A program made the translations under genes and the position numbers. A stretch of 41,882 bases of DNA, taken from positions 1 to 41,882 of the forward strand of contig CAKPPL010000001.1 of NCBI GenBank assembly GCA_934177555.1. Direction: 5' to 3'. Below the pieces are notes generated by a model. The model did not search any database. It had not been told where the DNA came from and saw only the letters and a program-made list of their open reading frames with translations. Each line of letters begins with the position of its first letter. Within the stretch, counting starts at the first letter, position 1. Positions 1 to 9,952 of this stretch are shown piece by piece. The stretch is from an uncultured Clostridia bacterium. GTDB taxonomy: Bacteria > Bacillota > Clostridia > TANB77 > CAG-508.

Positions 1-70
1 ATGTTTTTATTTCACCTTCTCTTATAGCAAATGGTGATACTTGTGCTCTGATTTGGTTATCTTCAACCAT
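1..70 (-). CDS. N-terminal fragment of an unidentified protein; the gene continues past the left edge
   Basis: ATG at 70..68 lies 7 nt downstream of AAGGAGGG (85..78). It reads MVEDNQIRAQVSPFAIREGEIKT with no stop before position 1. Only 23 codons are visible, so no family call. Confidence 0.35.
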   Translation of the reverse strand, partial: MVEDNQIRAQVSPFAIREGEIKT

Positions 71-94
71 CTCTAATCCCTCCTTATAATTTAT

Positions 95-550
95 TTAAAC
101 TATAACTAATTTTACTTTCTTTTTCTCTGGTACAATCTTTTTTATGCAAACATCAACTGTTTGACCATATTCTAATTCTTTTGTATATTCTGTCATTCCT
201 ACTAAATTAGGAGTTAATTCTATAAAGATACCATTATTATTTTTTTCAGTATTTCTAACAATTCCTTTTACAGTCATACCTTCTTTAAATTTTTGTGCAT
301 TTTCCTCCCATGTTCCCAAGCAATCTTTATATGATAAATTAATTTTTCCATTTTCTTCATTTATTGATTTTATCATACATTTTACTTTTTGGCCTACTTG
401 AACTCTCTCCTCTGGTGATTTTATTCTTACAACAGATAAATCTTCTATAAATGCTAAACCTACAGGTCCATTATCTAATTCAATAAATGCACCATATGGC
501 TTTATGCCTGTAACTGTACCTTCTACAATTTGTCCTTTTTCTATTTTCAT
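95..550 (-). CDS. S1 RNA-binding domain protein (two OB/S1-like halves)
   Basis: GQIVEGTVTGIKPYGAFIELDNGPVGL is a classic S1 motif, and a second S1-like half contains GMTVKGIVRN..GIFIEL. TAA stop. Confidence 0.8.
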   Translation of the reverse strand: MKIEKGQIVEGTVTGIKPYGAFIELDNGPVGLAFIEDLSVVRIKSPEERVQVGQKVKCMIKSINEENGKINLSYKDCLGTWEENAQKFKEGMTVKGIVRNTEKNNNGIFIELTPNLVGMTEYTKELEYGQTVDVCIKKIVPEKKKVKLVIV

Positions 551-618
551 TTGTTTTTACTCCTTTTTCTTTAGTCTGATATAATTATATATTTATAATT
601 TGAATTTTTCAACTACTT

Positions 619-1341
619 TTATTTATTATTTAATAATTTATCTACTTCTTTTTTAGTTAAATATCTCCATTTTCCTAATTCCAAGTCTTTTACACCAATT
701 TCTCCAATTTTGCTTCTATGTAATGCTATAACTTTTTTTCCTATTGATTCACACATTTTTCTTACTTGTCTATTTTTTCCTTCGTGTATTGTTATTTCTA
801 GTCTTGAAATATTTTTTTCAAAATCAGTTTTTAAAATTTTTACTTTTGCAGGTTTTGTTATATAATCATCTATTTTAACACCATTTTTTAGTTTTTCCAC
901 ATCATCTTTTTCTACTATACCTTTTACTGTAACTGTATATGTTTTATTTATTTCATGTTTAGGGTGTGTAACTTTATATACAAATTCTCCATCATTTGTT
1001 AATATTAGAGCACCTGATGTATACATATCTAATCTTCCAACTGGAACTATTCTTTCTCTAACTTTTACTAAATCTAATACTGTATCTCTTGAAAATTGGT
1101 CTTCAGCTGTTGTTACATATCCTATTGGTTTATTTAATAATATATATATTAATCTACTTTCTTTTTTTACTTCTTTTCCTTCAAATTCCACTTTATCTTT
1201 TTGTGGTAATATTTTTACCCCTAATTCTGTAACAAGCTTTCCATTTATTTTTACTTTTCCTTGTAAAATATATTCCTCACATTTTCTTCTTGAACCAATT
1301 CCACATTCTGCTAAATATTTTTGTAGTCTTTCTTCTTCCAT
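619..1341 (-). CDS. rluB: RsuA/RluB-family pseudouridine synthase with N-terminal S4 domain
   Basis: S4 motif RLQKYLAECGIGSRRKCEEYILQGKVKING, catalytic-region motif VGRLDMYTSGALILTNDG, and C-terminal HEGKNRQVRKM. Confidence 0.85.
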   Translation of the reverse strand: MEEERLQKYLAECGIGSRRKCEEYILQGKVKINGKLVTELGVKILPQKDKVEFEGKEVKKESRLIYILLNKPIGYVTTAEDQFSRDTVLDLVKVRERIVPVGRLDMYTSGALILTNDGEFVYKVTHPKHEINKTYTVTVKGIVEKDDVEKLKNGVKIDDYITKPAKVKILKTDFEKNISRLEITIHEGKNRQVRKMCESIGKKVIALHRSKIGEIGVKDLELGKWRYLTKKEVDKLLNNK

Positions 1342-1446
1342 TTATATTTATATCTCCTTTTTTAGAATTATATGTACTATTTAATTATTATTTGCATAAT
1401 ATATATTAATTCCTTTTACTTTTCTAAAAGGCTTTATATAGATTCT

Positions 1447-1598
1447 CCGGCAAGATTCTCTTGCCGGTATTTTATATAATAGGAAAGTTCTACTTTCCTA
1501 TTATATAAAAGCTACAATCGCTAGCCCTTTGAGATTTTCTCCTTATAGTCGAAAACTCAAATCGGGCGAGAACAAAGGGCGACTACGTCGCTTTGTTC
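1447..1598. other. GC-rich structured element of four consecutive hairpins; function unknown (sRNA, terminator cluster or MITE-like insert)
   Basis: Hairpins at 1447-1467 (ccggcaag/cttgccgg), 1470-1510 (perfect 19-bp stem, 3-nt loop), 1525-1566 (bulged ~14-bp stem) and 1570-1598 (12-bp stem, GTA loop). The element is locally much richer in G+C than its flanks. Confidence 0.5.
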
Positions 1599-2501
1599 TT
1601 CTAATTCTTTTAATATTTTTTCAAAATAGTCTGGTAATGGTGCTTCTAATTCTAATTTTTTATTTGTTATCGGATGTAAAAATTCTAATTTTTTAGCATG
1701 TAAACATTGTCCTACAACACCAAATTCATTTTTGCCATTTGAATATATATAATCACCTATTATTGGATATCCTATATGTGATAAATGTACACGTATTTGG
1801 TGTGTTCTTCCTGTTTCAATATTAATTTCTAATAATGTATATTTATTATATCTTTTTAATACTTTTATATGTGTTACTGCATTTTTTCCATTTTTAGTTA
1901 CAGCCATTTTCTTTCTATCTGATGTACTTCTTCCTATTGGCATATCTATTGTTGCTTCATTTTCTTTTACTACACCTCTTACAAGTGCAATATATGTTTT
2001 CTTTATTTCATGATTTTTCAACTGATCACTTAATTTTACATGTGCTTTATCATTTTTTGCTACTATAATTAAACCTGATGTATCTTTATCTAATCTATGC
2101 ACTATTCCTGGTCTTATTTCTCCACCAATACCTGATAAACTATCACCACATTTTGCCATTACTGCATTAACTAATGTTCCATCTGGATTTCCATTTGCAG
2201 GATGTACTACCATCCCTTTAGGTTTATTAACTACTATTATATCTTTATCTTCATATATAATATCTATAGGAATATCCTGTGCCTTTAGTTCTATTTGTTT
2301 GGCTTCAACTTCTTCTAGTATAATTTCATCTCCTGCTGTAACTTTATATGCAACTTTTTGTTTTTTTCCATTTACTAATATATGTTCTTCTTGTATCAAT
2401 CTTTGTGCTGATGTTCTAGTTATTTCGGTATTTTGACTTGCAATATAAGCATCTAATCTTTTTCCATTATCTTTTTCTTCTACTATATATCTTATCATCA
2501 T
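1557..2501 (-). CDS. rluD: RluA/RluD-family 23S rRNA pseudouridine synthase
   Basis: N-terminal S4-like region (KRLDAYIA..), catalytic HRLDKDTSGLIIVAKN, and GRTHQIRVHL. The last ~14 codons (EQSDVVALCSRPI, TGA stop) are encoded by the GC-rich hairpin element rather than typical RluD sequence. Confidence 0.85.
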   Translation of the reverse strand: MMIRYIVEEKDNGKRLDAYIASQNTEITRTSAQRLIQEEHILVNGKKQKVAYKVTAGDEIILEEVEAKQIELKAQDIPIDIIYEDKDIIVVNKPKGMVVHPANGNPDGTLVNAVMAKCGDSLSGIGGEIRPGIVHRLDKDTSGLIIVAKNDKAHVKLSDQLKNHEIKKTYIALVRGVVKENEATIDMPIGRSTSDRKKMAVTKNGKNAVTHIKVLKRYNKYTLLEINIETGRTHQIRVHLSHIGYPIIGDYIYSNGKNEFGVVGQCLHAKKLEFLHPITNKKLELEAPLPDYFEKILKELEEQSDVVALCSRPI

Positions 2502-2510
2502 AATTCTTCC

Positions 2511-4034
2511 TTATTTTTCAATTTCATAAAATACAAAATTATCATCTTGATTTAATAATTTATATCCTTTTAATTTTGTTTTTTGTATTATCATATTTAC
2601 TTTAGAATTTTTATATAAAATTACATGTGTAATATTATACTTTTTAAATGTGTCTCCAAAATATTTTGATAAATTTGAACATTCTATAAAATCTGTAAAT
2701 ACATCTACTCCTTCATTAAATTCTGGTGAATATAAATCTGCTCTTGAGTCTATAAATACAGGTATACCTCTATATAATAAATAACTTCCATAATTATATT
2801 CATTATATAATCTTATTGTTGATAAATCTGTTCCTTTTTCTTCAAAATATTTTATTATATAATCACTCATATTTACAGGATATGTTTTTGCATCAATATA
2901 TTCTGATTTTACTTTTCCTTTTATAAAATACATGCTTAATATAATTACTATTCCAGATATCATAAAAGCACCAAATTTACTTGTAAAAGCATTTACTAAT
3001 TTATCATCAATATCTTCTCCAAGCCAAGATACCATCCAATTATATATTAATCTATTTAAAGCTAATACTCCTACTATTGATAGTATTGATGCTTGTCTTT
3101 TGGAATAAAACATTAAAAATATTAATCCACCTAACATAAATAAATCATTTAGCCTAATCTTTGCATTTGTAAATGTTAATACTGCTATTAATATAATTAA
3201 TACACATATTATATCTGTACTATTTATTAATACTAGTGGTTGATGTTCATTTATATTTTGTGTTGTATTACCTTGCATCGTTTTTATTAGATATGTATAT
3301 GGTGTTGTTCCTAATGGTGTTAATAAACCACATAATATACTAATTATCATAAATATAATTAATAATTTTGTTCCATCTTTTTTTATTACTGTTATTTTTT
3401 CTCCTTGTTTTGTTTGATTATTAAATTTTTTTGCTAATTTTTCTTGAATTATTGCTATGACATATTCTCCTATATAAGGTAAATATAATACAAACATGAA
3501 TGGCCATACTGCTAAATGTAAATTAGCTATTAATATTGATATTATTAGTAAACCTACACCATATTTTTTTTGTTTTGTATCAATTAGTTTTTCTATAAAA
3601 AATATTTGTAGTACAAATAATGTATATGATACTAATTGTGCTCTTGCAGCTATATAGTCTCTTAATAAATATAATGAACCTATTGTTAATATAAATGATA
3701 ATACTTGATTTTTAGCCAATTTAGTGTTTGTTTTATATATTGCTATTCCTAAAATTATTGAAAATATACATGTTGATATATATATTCCTGTCATGTTTCC
3801 TATACTATATATTAGATATATCATTACATCATATAACCAATGTGGATATGTATATTCTAGATTTTCATGCCATGAAAATGGGTCTACCATATCAATTTCT
3901 TTATTTTGAATTATATGCTCTCCTATTTTTATTGTATAAAATGTATCATTTTGTAATGTTTTTGGAGATAAGCTTATACAAAATATTGCTATTAGTATTA
4001 TTGCTAATATATTAAATATTTTTTTCTTGTTCAT
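2511..4034 (-). CDS. Polytopic membrane protein with a C-terminal soluble domain; possibly a GT-C-type glycosyltransferase
   Basis: About 10 or more hydrophobic helices. The early loop DTFYTIKIGEHI...DPFSWHE..YTYPHWLYD resembles GT-C/PMT-like loops. The family was not verified. Confidence 0.4.
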   Translation of the reverse strand: MNKKKIFNILAIILIAIFCISLSPKTLQNDTFYTIKIGEHIIQNKEIDMVDPFSWHENLEYTYPHWLYDVMIYLIYSIGNMTGIYISTCIFSIILGIAIYKTNTKLAKNQVLSFILTIGSLYLLRDYIAARAQLVSYTLFVLQIFFIEKLIDTKQKKYGVGLLIISILIANLHLAVWPFMFVLYLPYIGEYVIAIIQEKLAKKFNNQTKQGEKITVIKKDGTKLLIIFMIISILCGLLTPLGTTPYTYLIKTMQGNTTQNINEHQPLVLINSTDIICVLIILIAVLTFTNAKIRLNDLFMLGGLIFLMFYSKRQASILSIVGVLALNRLIYNWMVSWLGEDIDDKLVNAFTSKFGAFMISGIVIILSMYFIKGKVKSEYIDAKTYPVNMSDYIIKYFEEKGTDLSTIRLYNEYNYGSYLLYRGIPVFIDSRADLYSPEFNEGVDVFTDFIECSNLSKYFGDTFKKYNITHVILYKNSKVNMIIQKTKLKGYKLLNQDDNFVFYEIEK

Positions 4035-4083
4035 TTACATCATACCTTTCAATTTTTTTCCAGTATTGTTATTATACCAGAAA

Positions 4084-4116
4084 AAAATAGAAAACACTAG
4101 TGTTTTCTATTTTTTA
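4084..4116. terminator. Bidirectional rho-independent terminator after the 1121-aa gene
   Basis: atagaaaacac / gtgttttctat 11-bp stem flanked by an A-run and a T-run. Confidence 0.7.
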
Positions 4117-4121
4117 TTTTA

Positions 4122-7100
4122 TTATGGATTTGTACATGCTCCACTAGAATTGAAATTATATGTCTTTCCATTTAATGTTATACTTTCATTCTTACACATT
4201 GCACCACTTTCTTTAAAGTAATACCATACTTTATTTAGTTGTAACCATTCTGATTTACACATTGCGCCACTATCTTTAAAATAATACCATATATTATTTA
4301 ATTGTAACCATTTTGATTTATACATATATCCATCATTATCAAAACGATACCATTTATATTCACCATTTGTCATAATTTCTGCCCAATTATTTTTTATCAT
4401 TGAACCATGTGTAAGTTTGTTTTTCTCCATATATTCTTTTCCATCTTTTAGATATGCTGATGTCATTGGAGCATTTCCTATATAATATTTATATTCTGAG
4501 TTCACTTTTCTCCAGCCTTCAAACATTGTTCCATCACTTTTAAAATAAAACCATGAATAATTACTATCACGTGCATTATTTGGTAGATAATGATCTCCTC
4601 CTGTTAATTTTTTACCATTTTCTGTATAGTAATACCATATTGTATAAGTTTTTCCATCTACATCTTTTTTTAGCATATACCAATTATACTTATATGTCGT
4701 TATATTAAATGTATAATTATCATTGTATTTTACCTTAATTTTATATCTTTCACCATTTGAAGCATCTGTATTCTCAGTAGATGTTGCATATTGAGTTCCA
4801 TCAATTATTTCTGGCTTTGAATAACCATAATAAACTTTTATTTTAATTCCTTTATAATCTATTTGTTCATTAGCAATGTATTCTGTTTTATCTGGTCCAG
4901 AATATAATTCTGCTAATACACATTCATTATTTAATTCTATAGTATTTGATTCTTTACTGTTTCCAACCAAATCATATGCTACTGCATATATACTAAATAC
5001 TTTTGAATTTTCTAATATATTTAATATCTTATTATTATTTATTTGTTCAGTTCCTTCTTTGTAAACTTCTTCATCAAATTTTTCATATTTTTCTGCTGTA
5101 TCTTTCTTATAATACCATTCTATTTTTTGTATTTTACTATCTTCATCTTTTCCAATTATATTTATTGACCCCTGTTCATCTTTTGTTTTTGGACTTGCTG
5201 GATTAGCTGTAATTGTAATCTCTGGTGCTGTTTTATCTATATTAGTTATAGTATATGAAACATAATTTCCTGTTTCATCTTCTGAACTTACTAATCTTGC
5301 GTACATTGTTTGCTTATTCTCTGTAAATGTTCTCGTCTCTACTTCTTCCCATATCTTGGAATCTAAACTTGTTTCTATTGTATATCCTAATTCTTTAGTA
5401 CTTGCTGTTAATGTTACACTTCCGTTTGTCCATTCTGTTATATCTGCTTTTATTTCTGCATTTGGTATACTTCCTGTTGTTGCTGTATATCCTTCAAATG
5501 TCTTCATATTTCCTGCTCTATCTTCTACCTGTATACTTATATTATATGTTTTCTCTGACTCTAATCCTGTAATTACATATAATGTTCCATATCTCCACTC
5601 TGACCATGTTGCTCCTTCATCAGTACTAAATCTATATCTATCTATTCCACTCTCTGCATACTCTTTTGTTTGCACTGCATCAAATGCTGTTGCATTTATT
5701 GTTATACTATTTGGTGTTGATTCTATTGATACTTCTACTTTCTCTGGATCTAATTTATCTATTACTGTTACATCATAACTTGTTGTTTTTCCACTTTGTC
5801 CTTCACTATCTACTAGTCTTGCATACATCGTTCCATTTGTTTTAAATGTTATTGGATTTGTTGTACTCCATTTCTCTCCGTCTGTACTTGTTTCTATTGT
5901 ATATCCTATTTTACTTGCACTTGCTGTTACTGTTATATCTTTATTTGTCCACTTCGTCTCACTTGCTTGGAATGTTATATTTCCTTCTGCTGTTGGTACT
6001 CCTTCTGTTGCTAAACTTCTCTCTACTTCTCTTATATTTCCTGCATTATCTTTTATTTGCACTTTTGTTTCATAACTTGTTGCTTGTAATAAATTTTTAA
6101 ATGTATATGAGCCTACTGTTTGCCATTCTGTATAGTTATTTCCTCCATCTATACTGAATCTATATCCTCCTATTCCACTCTTTCCATATTCTACTGTTGA
6201 ATTTCCATCATCTGTCGTTGCTTCTATTTTTATACTATTTGTTGTTACTGTTATTCTAGGATTTACTTCTTGTGGCTCTATTTTATCTATATTTGATACA
6301 TTATAACTTGCATAACTTCCTACTTGCCCTATACTATCTTTTAATCTTGCATACATTGTTCCTTTTTGTCCATATGTTTGTACATTTCCTTCTTCCCAAT
6401 CTGTATCTCCTGTTTTTGTTTCTATTGTGTATTTATCTCCTGTTGTTACTGTTGTTGTTACTACTACTCTATTATTTGTCCATCCACTTGGTTCTGACTT
6501 AAATACTACATTACTATCTTTTACTAGTCCTGGAACTGTTTCTGTTGTTACTCTTTCTTCTTTACTTCCTACATTTCCTGCTTCATCTTTTACTTCTACT
6601 TTTACATTATAATCTGTTGTTTGCTTTAAATCTATAAATGCATATGAAGAACTCTCTTGCCAGTCTGTCCATGTTACTCCTCTATCTTTACTAAATCTAT
6701 ATTCTTTTATTCCACTCTTTCCATAATCTTCTGTCTCTTCTCCGTCTTCACTTATTATTGATACTGTTATACTATGTGTTGTTTTTGTTATTGATGTATT
6801 TTTTATCACTGGACTTATTTTATCTATATTTTCTACTTTTCCTACTAAATCACTATTATCTTTTCCTTCTCCTGTTTCTACTACTTCTCCATTTGCTTTG
6901 TCTAATAATCTTACATATATTTTTTGATTTCTTTTTAATGTTATTGTTCCTGTATATTCTGTCCAGTCATCTACTTCTCCATCTTGTCCTTTTTTCTCTG
7001 TTTTATATTGGATTTCATGTAATTTTGTTGTCTCTACTATTGTTACTTTTGTAGATTCATTTGTCCATCCACTCGGCTCATATCCAAACATTACACTATT

Positions 7101-7487
7101 TCCTTGTAAGTTTCCTCCTGTATCAACATAATACATTCTACCACTTTCTGTATATGTTACTTTATATTGTTCTTTACTTACATCATATCCTAATTCATAT
7201 TTATCTTCTCCTATATATTTATCTAATTCTTTTTTAAAGTCATCTCTTGCACTTATTGTTAACATTGAATGTTGATCTTTCTCTAATGCTCCAACTACTG
7301 CTAAATTTAAGTTTTCTTTTTCTTGCTCTATTTCTGTTACTTCTTTTCCTTTTTGTGCTTGTTTTATTGTACTATTATCTCCTGTTAATGCTGCTATTCC
7401 TATTCCTGCTAATATTATCAATATTACTACTGTTACTGCTAGAGCTATTATGGTTATTCCTTTATTGTTTTGGCATTTGTTTTTCAT
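4122..7487 (-). CDS. Giant modular surface protein: prepilin-like N-terminus, four Ig/FN3-like repeat pairs, C-terminal cell-wall-binding (choline-binding type) repeats
   Basis: N-terminus NNKGITIIALAVTVVILIILAG has a basic leader, Gly, then a ~20-residue hydrophobic helix with Ala instead of Glu at +5. Four diverged ~190-aa repeats follow (SGWTN..GTMYARL..NIDK.P, then YGKSGI..YRFS..W..W...T.Y...V.D.AGN). The C-terminus has WYYF..SGAM..EW repeats. RBS AAAAAGGAGGAAC upstream; co-oriented 32 nt downstream of 7520..9796. Confidence 0.75.
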   Translation of the reverse strand: MKNKCQNNKGITIIALAVTVVILIILAGIGIAALTGDNSTIKQAQKGKEVTEIEQEKENLNLAVVGALEKDQHSMLTISARDDFKKELDKYIGEDKYELGYDVSKEQYKVTYTESGRMYYVDTGGNLQGNSVMFGYEPSGWTNESTKVTIVETTKLHEIQYKTEKKGQDGEVDDWTEYTGTITLKRNQKIYVRLLDKANGEVVETGEGKDNSDLVGKVENIDKISPVIKNTSITKTTHSITVSIISEDGEETEDYGKSGIKEYRFSKDRGVTWTDWQESSSYAFIDLKQTTDYNVKVEVKDEAGNVGSKEERVTTETVPGLVKDSNVVFKSEPSGWTNNRVVVTTTVTTGDKYTIETKTGDTDWEEGNVQTYGQKGTMYARLKDSIGQVGSYASYNVSNIDKIEPQEVNPRITVTTNSIKIEATTDDGNSTVEYGKSGIGGYRFSIDGGNNYTEWQTVGSYTFKNLLQATSYETKVQIKDNAGNIREVERSLATEGVPTAEGNITFQASETKWTNKDITVTASASKIGYTIETSTDGEKWSTTNPITFKTNGTMYARLVDSEGQSGKTTSYDVTVIDKLDPEKVEVSIESTPNSITINATAFDAVQTKEYAESGIDRYRFSTDEGATWSEWRYGTLYVITGLESEKTYNISIQVEDRAGNMKTFEGYTATTGSIPNAEIKADITEWTNGSVTLTASTKELGYTIETSLDSKIWEEVETRTFTENKQTMYARLVSSEDETGNYVSYTITNIDKTAPEITITANPASPKTKDEQGSINIIGKDEDSKIQKIEWYYKKDTAEKYEKFDEEVYKEGTEQINNNKILNILENSKVFSIYAVAYDLVGNSKESNTIELNNECVLAELYSGPDKTEYIANEQIDYKGIKIKVYYGYSKPEIIDGTQYATSTENTDASNGERYKIKVKYNDNYTFNITTYKYNWYMLKKDVDGKTYTIWYYYTENGKKLTGGDHYLPNNARDSNYSWFYFKSDGTMFEGWRKVNSEYKYYIGNAPMTSAYLKDGKEYMEKNKLTHGSMIKNNWAEIMTNGEYKWYRFDNDGYMYKSKWLQLNNIWYYFKDSGAMCKSEWLQLNKVWYYFKESGAMCKNESITLNGKTYNFNSSGACTNP

Positions 7488-7519
7488 AGTTCCTCCTTTT
7501 TTTTAATTTTTATATTTCA

Positions 7520-9796
7520 TTAATATTGATTTATATGATGTGCTACTCCAGAACTACTTGTAGCATTATCACTTGTTTTAACTGATGTTCCACTTATTTG
7601 TACAACTGGTCTAACAGGATAGTCTAATTCATCTTCAGCATTATGTGAAAAATATAAACCATTTCCATACAAATATATTCCTCCATTACGTAATCCAAAA
7701 TGTACATTTATGTTCAAACATGCAACATTACGTGATGCAACCCAATAAGATGGTCTATTACGTAGTGCCTTTGCTCCATCTCCAAAGTTTGTACTATTTA
7801 AATCTGTATCCCAATATGTTTCTGTAATAGTTAATTTTCCACTAGCTGTATTCGATGTATTATATGTTATACCACCTGAATATCCACTATATGTTTGACT
7901 CTTTTCTAGTGTACCTGAGCCAACACTTCCAGAGCTTATTCCTGCACCTTTTTCATATCTATATAAGTCAGGATAATATAAATTACTTGTATATGTCTTG
8001 GTTTTTCCGTATTGAGTTCCTTCATTTTTATAATTATCTCTAGCACTTTTTCCTGCTGTAGTTAACCATTTGTCGAAATCTTCATAATTTACGCTTCTTG
8101 CAGTTATTCCACTTCTACTATATAGAGTTTTACATATGTCATTCATTATATATACTCCATTATTATACCCAGATGCTCCTCTCAAATATAAGATTTCACT
8201 TGTTGTATCTCCAATTAAATCCATACTTCCATTACTATAAATTCTTAATACTTTCCACTTTAATGAATTTCTTTTAAAATCAACTCCGTTATTACTTGAA
8301 CCGGTTATTGATTTTGTAAGCTTACTTTTTGAATATGTAGTTTGTGCTGTAGAATCTGGACTATAGTCTATATAATCACCTATTTCTATTTTTGTTATTG
8401 GTGCTTCTGCAGATTTAGTAGGATTTGTAGCAGCATCTTTTACAATTACATAACATTTTTTACTTTGACTCATTGATTCAGAATATTTATATTCTGCTGT
8501 TCCAATTGATGTTTTTACCGTATTTTTTAATACTCCATCTATATAAAATTGATATTCTGATACCCCTGATGCATTATCTTGTCCTGTAGCAGTTAATGTT
8601 ACATTATATATTCCCTTTTTATATTCATTATTTACACTTATCTTACTTGATGGTGGTGTCTTATCTATATTTTTTACAACATATGATGCATGTTTTCCTG
8701 TTTGACCTGTACTGTCTATTAATCTTGCATACATTGTTCCATTTTGAGTAAATGTTATTGGATTAGTTGTTCCCCATGTTGTTCCATTAGTACTTGTTTG
8801 AAGTGTATATTCTCTTGTACTTGTACTTGCTGTTACTATTACATTTCCATTTGTCCAAGTTGTTTTATCAGCACTTAATGAAACATCAGGTATTGTTTCA
8901 GTTTTTACAACTTTAACTTCACTTATCATGTTTTCTCCATTTTTTACCCATATATAATATGTAGTTGATTGTGGTAAATTTGAAATTGTTTGAGTTATTA
9001 TTGATGTATTATTTGTTATAGTATTAAATGATGTTGGCATATCTGGAGTTTTAGATATTGCATATCCTGATATTCCTGTTTCATTATCATGTGCAATAAA
9101 TGTTATACTATTTGAAGTTGTTTTAGTATCATCTATAATTGGTGGTGTTGAGTCTTTCCAAACTGCATATAATGTTATATTTATTCCATCACTATATGTA
9201 GAGCCAGGTGTATATGATATTTCTTTTGATGTTGAAGCTAGTGACCATCCTAAGAAATCAAATCCTGTTTTAGTTGGTTCTTGTGATGTTATATTAGTAG
9301 GATAACCTACCCTATTATATTGTTCATTTGGAGCATTTTTTCCACTATTTGCAATATATGTTATTACATAATAATCATATGTTGGCTTTTCTGTTTCTTC
9401 TGATAATCCAATTATATATGAATTACCTGTATTTTCAAATATAACTTTTACAAATTTTGTTGCATTTTCTGTAGTTGCTATTGCTTTTGTTTTTTCTTCT
9501 TCTGTTACATTTTCATCAATATAATATTCTTTGGTGTGTTTGCTCATATATGTTTTAAAAGAATCCAATGTTAAGTTACTATTTGCTATTCCTTCATTCA
9601 TTTCCATTTGAGTATATGCTAATCTGATTACATTTTCTTCTTCAGCAGCTGTTTCAATTTTTGCACTTGATTGAGTTTTATCAAGTGTTCCATCATTTTT
9701 TAAAGTTCCTATAGAAATACCAGCCAATATTAATATTACTATTACTGTAATTGCTAGTGCTATTAGTGTTACTCCTGTTTCATATTTTTTCTTCAT
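7520..9796 (-). CDS. Modular prepilin-like surface protein with a C-terminal lectin-like (DGR-target-like) tip domain
   Basis: N-terminus ETGVTLIALAITVIVILILAGISIG. It shares stalk modules with the two paralogs. The C-terminal ~290 aa end in ..RPSYWVASRNV...DYPVRPVVQI, the same SYW.(G/A)S ... VRPV(I/V) frame as the DGR variable region at 41645-41755. Confidence 0.75.
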   Translation of the reverse strand: MKKKYETGVTLIALAITVIVILILAGISIGTLKNDGTLDKTQSSAKIETAAEEENVIRLAYTQMEMNEGIANSNLTLDSFKTYMSKHTKEYYIDENVTEEEKTKAIATTENATKFVKVIFENTGNSYIIGLSEETEKPTYDYYVITYIANSGKNAPNEQYNRVGYPTNITSQEPTKTGFDFLGWSLASTSKEISYTPGSTYSDGINITLYAVWKDSTPPIIDDTKTTSNSITFIAHDNETGISGYAISKTPDMPTSFNTITNNTSIITQTISNLPQSTTYYIWVKNGENMISEVKVVKTETIPDVSLSADKTTWTNGNVIVTASTSTREYTLQTSTNGTTWGTTNPITFTQNGTMYARLIDSTGQTGKHASYVVKNIDKTPPSSKISVNNEYKKGIYNVTLTATGQDNASGVSEYQFYIDGVLKNTVKTSIGTAEYKYSESMSQSKKCYVIVKDAATNPTKSAEAPITKIEIGDYIDYSPDSTAQTTYSKSKLTKSITGSSNNGVDFKRNSLKWKVLRIYSNGSMDLIGDTTSEILYLRGASGYNNGVYIMNDICKTLYSRSGITARSVNYEDFDKWLTTAGKSARDNYKNEGTQYGKTKTYTSNLYYPDLYRYEKGAGISSGSVGSGTLEKSQTYSGYSGGITYNTSNTASGKLTITETYWDTDLNSTNFGDGAKALRNRPSYWVASRNVACLNINVHFGLRNGGIYLYGNGLYFSHNAEDELDYPVRPVVQISGTSVKTSDNATSSSGVAHHINQY
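9297..9703. repeat. Left arm of a ~407-bp near-perfect inverted repeat (partner 10046..10452)
   Basis: Base x pairs with base 19749-x. Checked block by block, 9361-9600 is identical to the reverse complement of 10149-10388. I found about 5 mismatches over the whole arm. Confidence 0.9.
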
Positions 9797-9821
9797 TAGT
9801 TCCTCCCTTTTTTACACTTTA

Positions 9822-9850
9822 ATTATAATTCTTTTTCGCTTTTTTGTAAA
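9822..9850 (-). promoter_or_regulatory. Sigma-A-like promoter for 7520..9796 (and the downstream 4122..7487)
   Basis: On the minus strand: TTTACA, 17 nt, TATAAT, upstream of RBS AAGGGAGGAAC. Confidence 0.5.
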
Positions 9851-9895
9851 TATAATTTTTTTAATTATTATATAAATAAATTACTTATTATAGTA

Positions 9896-9924
9896 TTTAC
9901 AAATGACTTCAAATCAATTAAAAT
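9896..9924 (+). promoter_or_regulatory. Sigma-A-like promoter for 9953..12490
   Basis: TTTACA, 17 nt, TAAAAT, upstream of RBS AAAGGAGG. Confidence 0.45.
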
Positions 9925-9952
9925 AATTATATATAAAAGGAGGTATTTACAA

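Noticed and set aside
1557-1600. A second DGR variable region or IMH remnant at the rluD 3' end, because the GC-rich tail SRPI resembles VRPV and shares gggcga and gcgactac strings with TR/VR
   Set aside because: Only 6-8-mers match and they lie on inconsistent strands. No extended alignment to TR exists and there is no adenine-specific mismatch pattern.
4122-7487. High-identity tandem DNA repeats within the 1121-aa gene that might drive slippage or phase variation
   Set aside because: The four protein repeats are diverged (roughly half the residues conserved). I saw no long identical nucleotide tracts or homopolymer/SSR runs at the 5' end.
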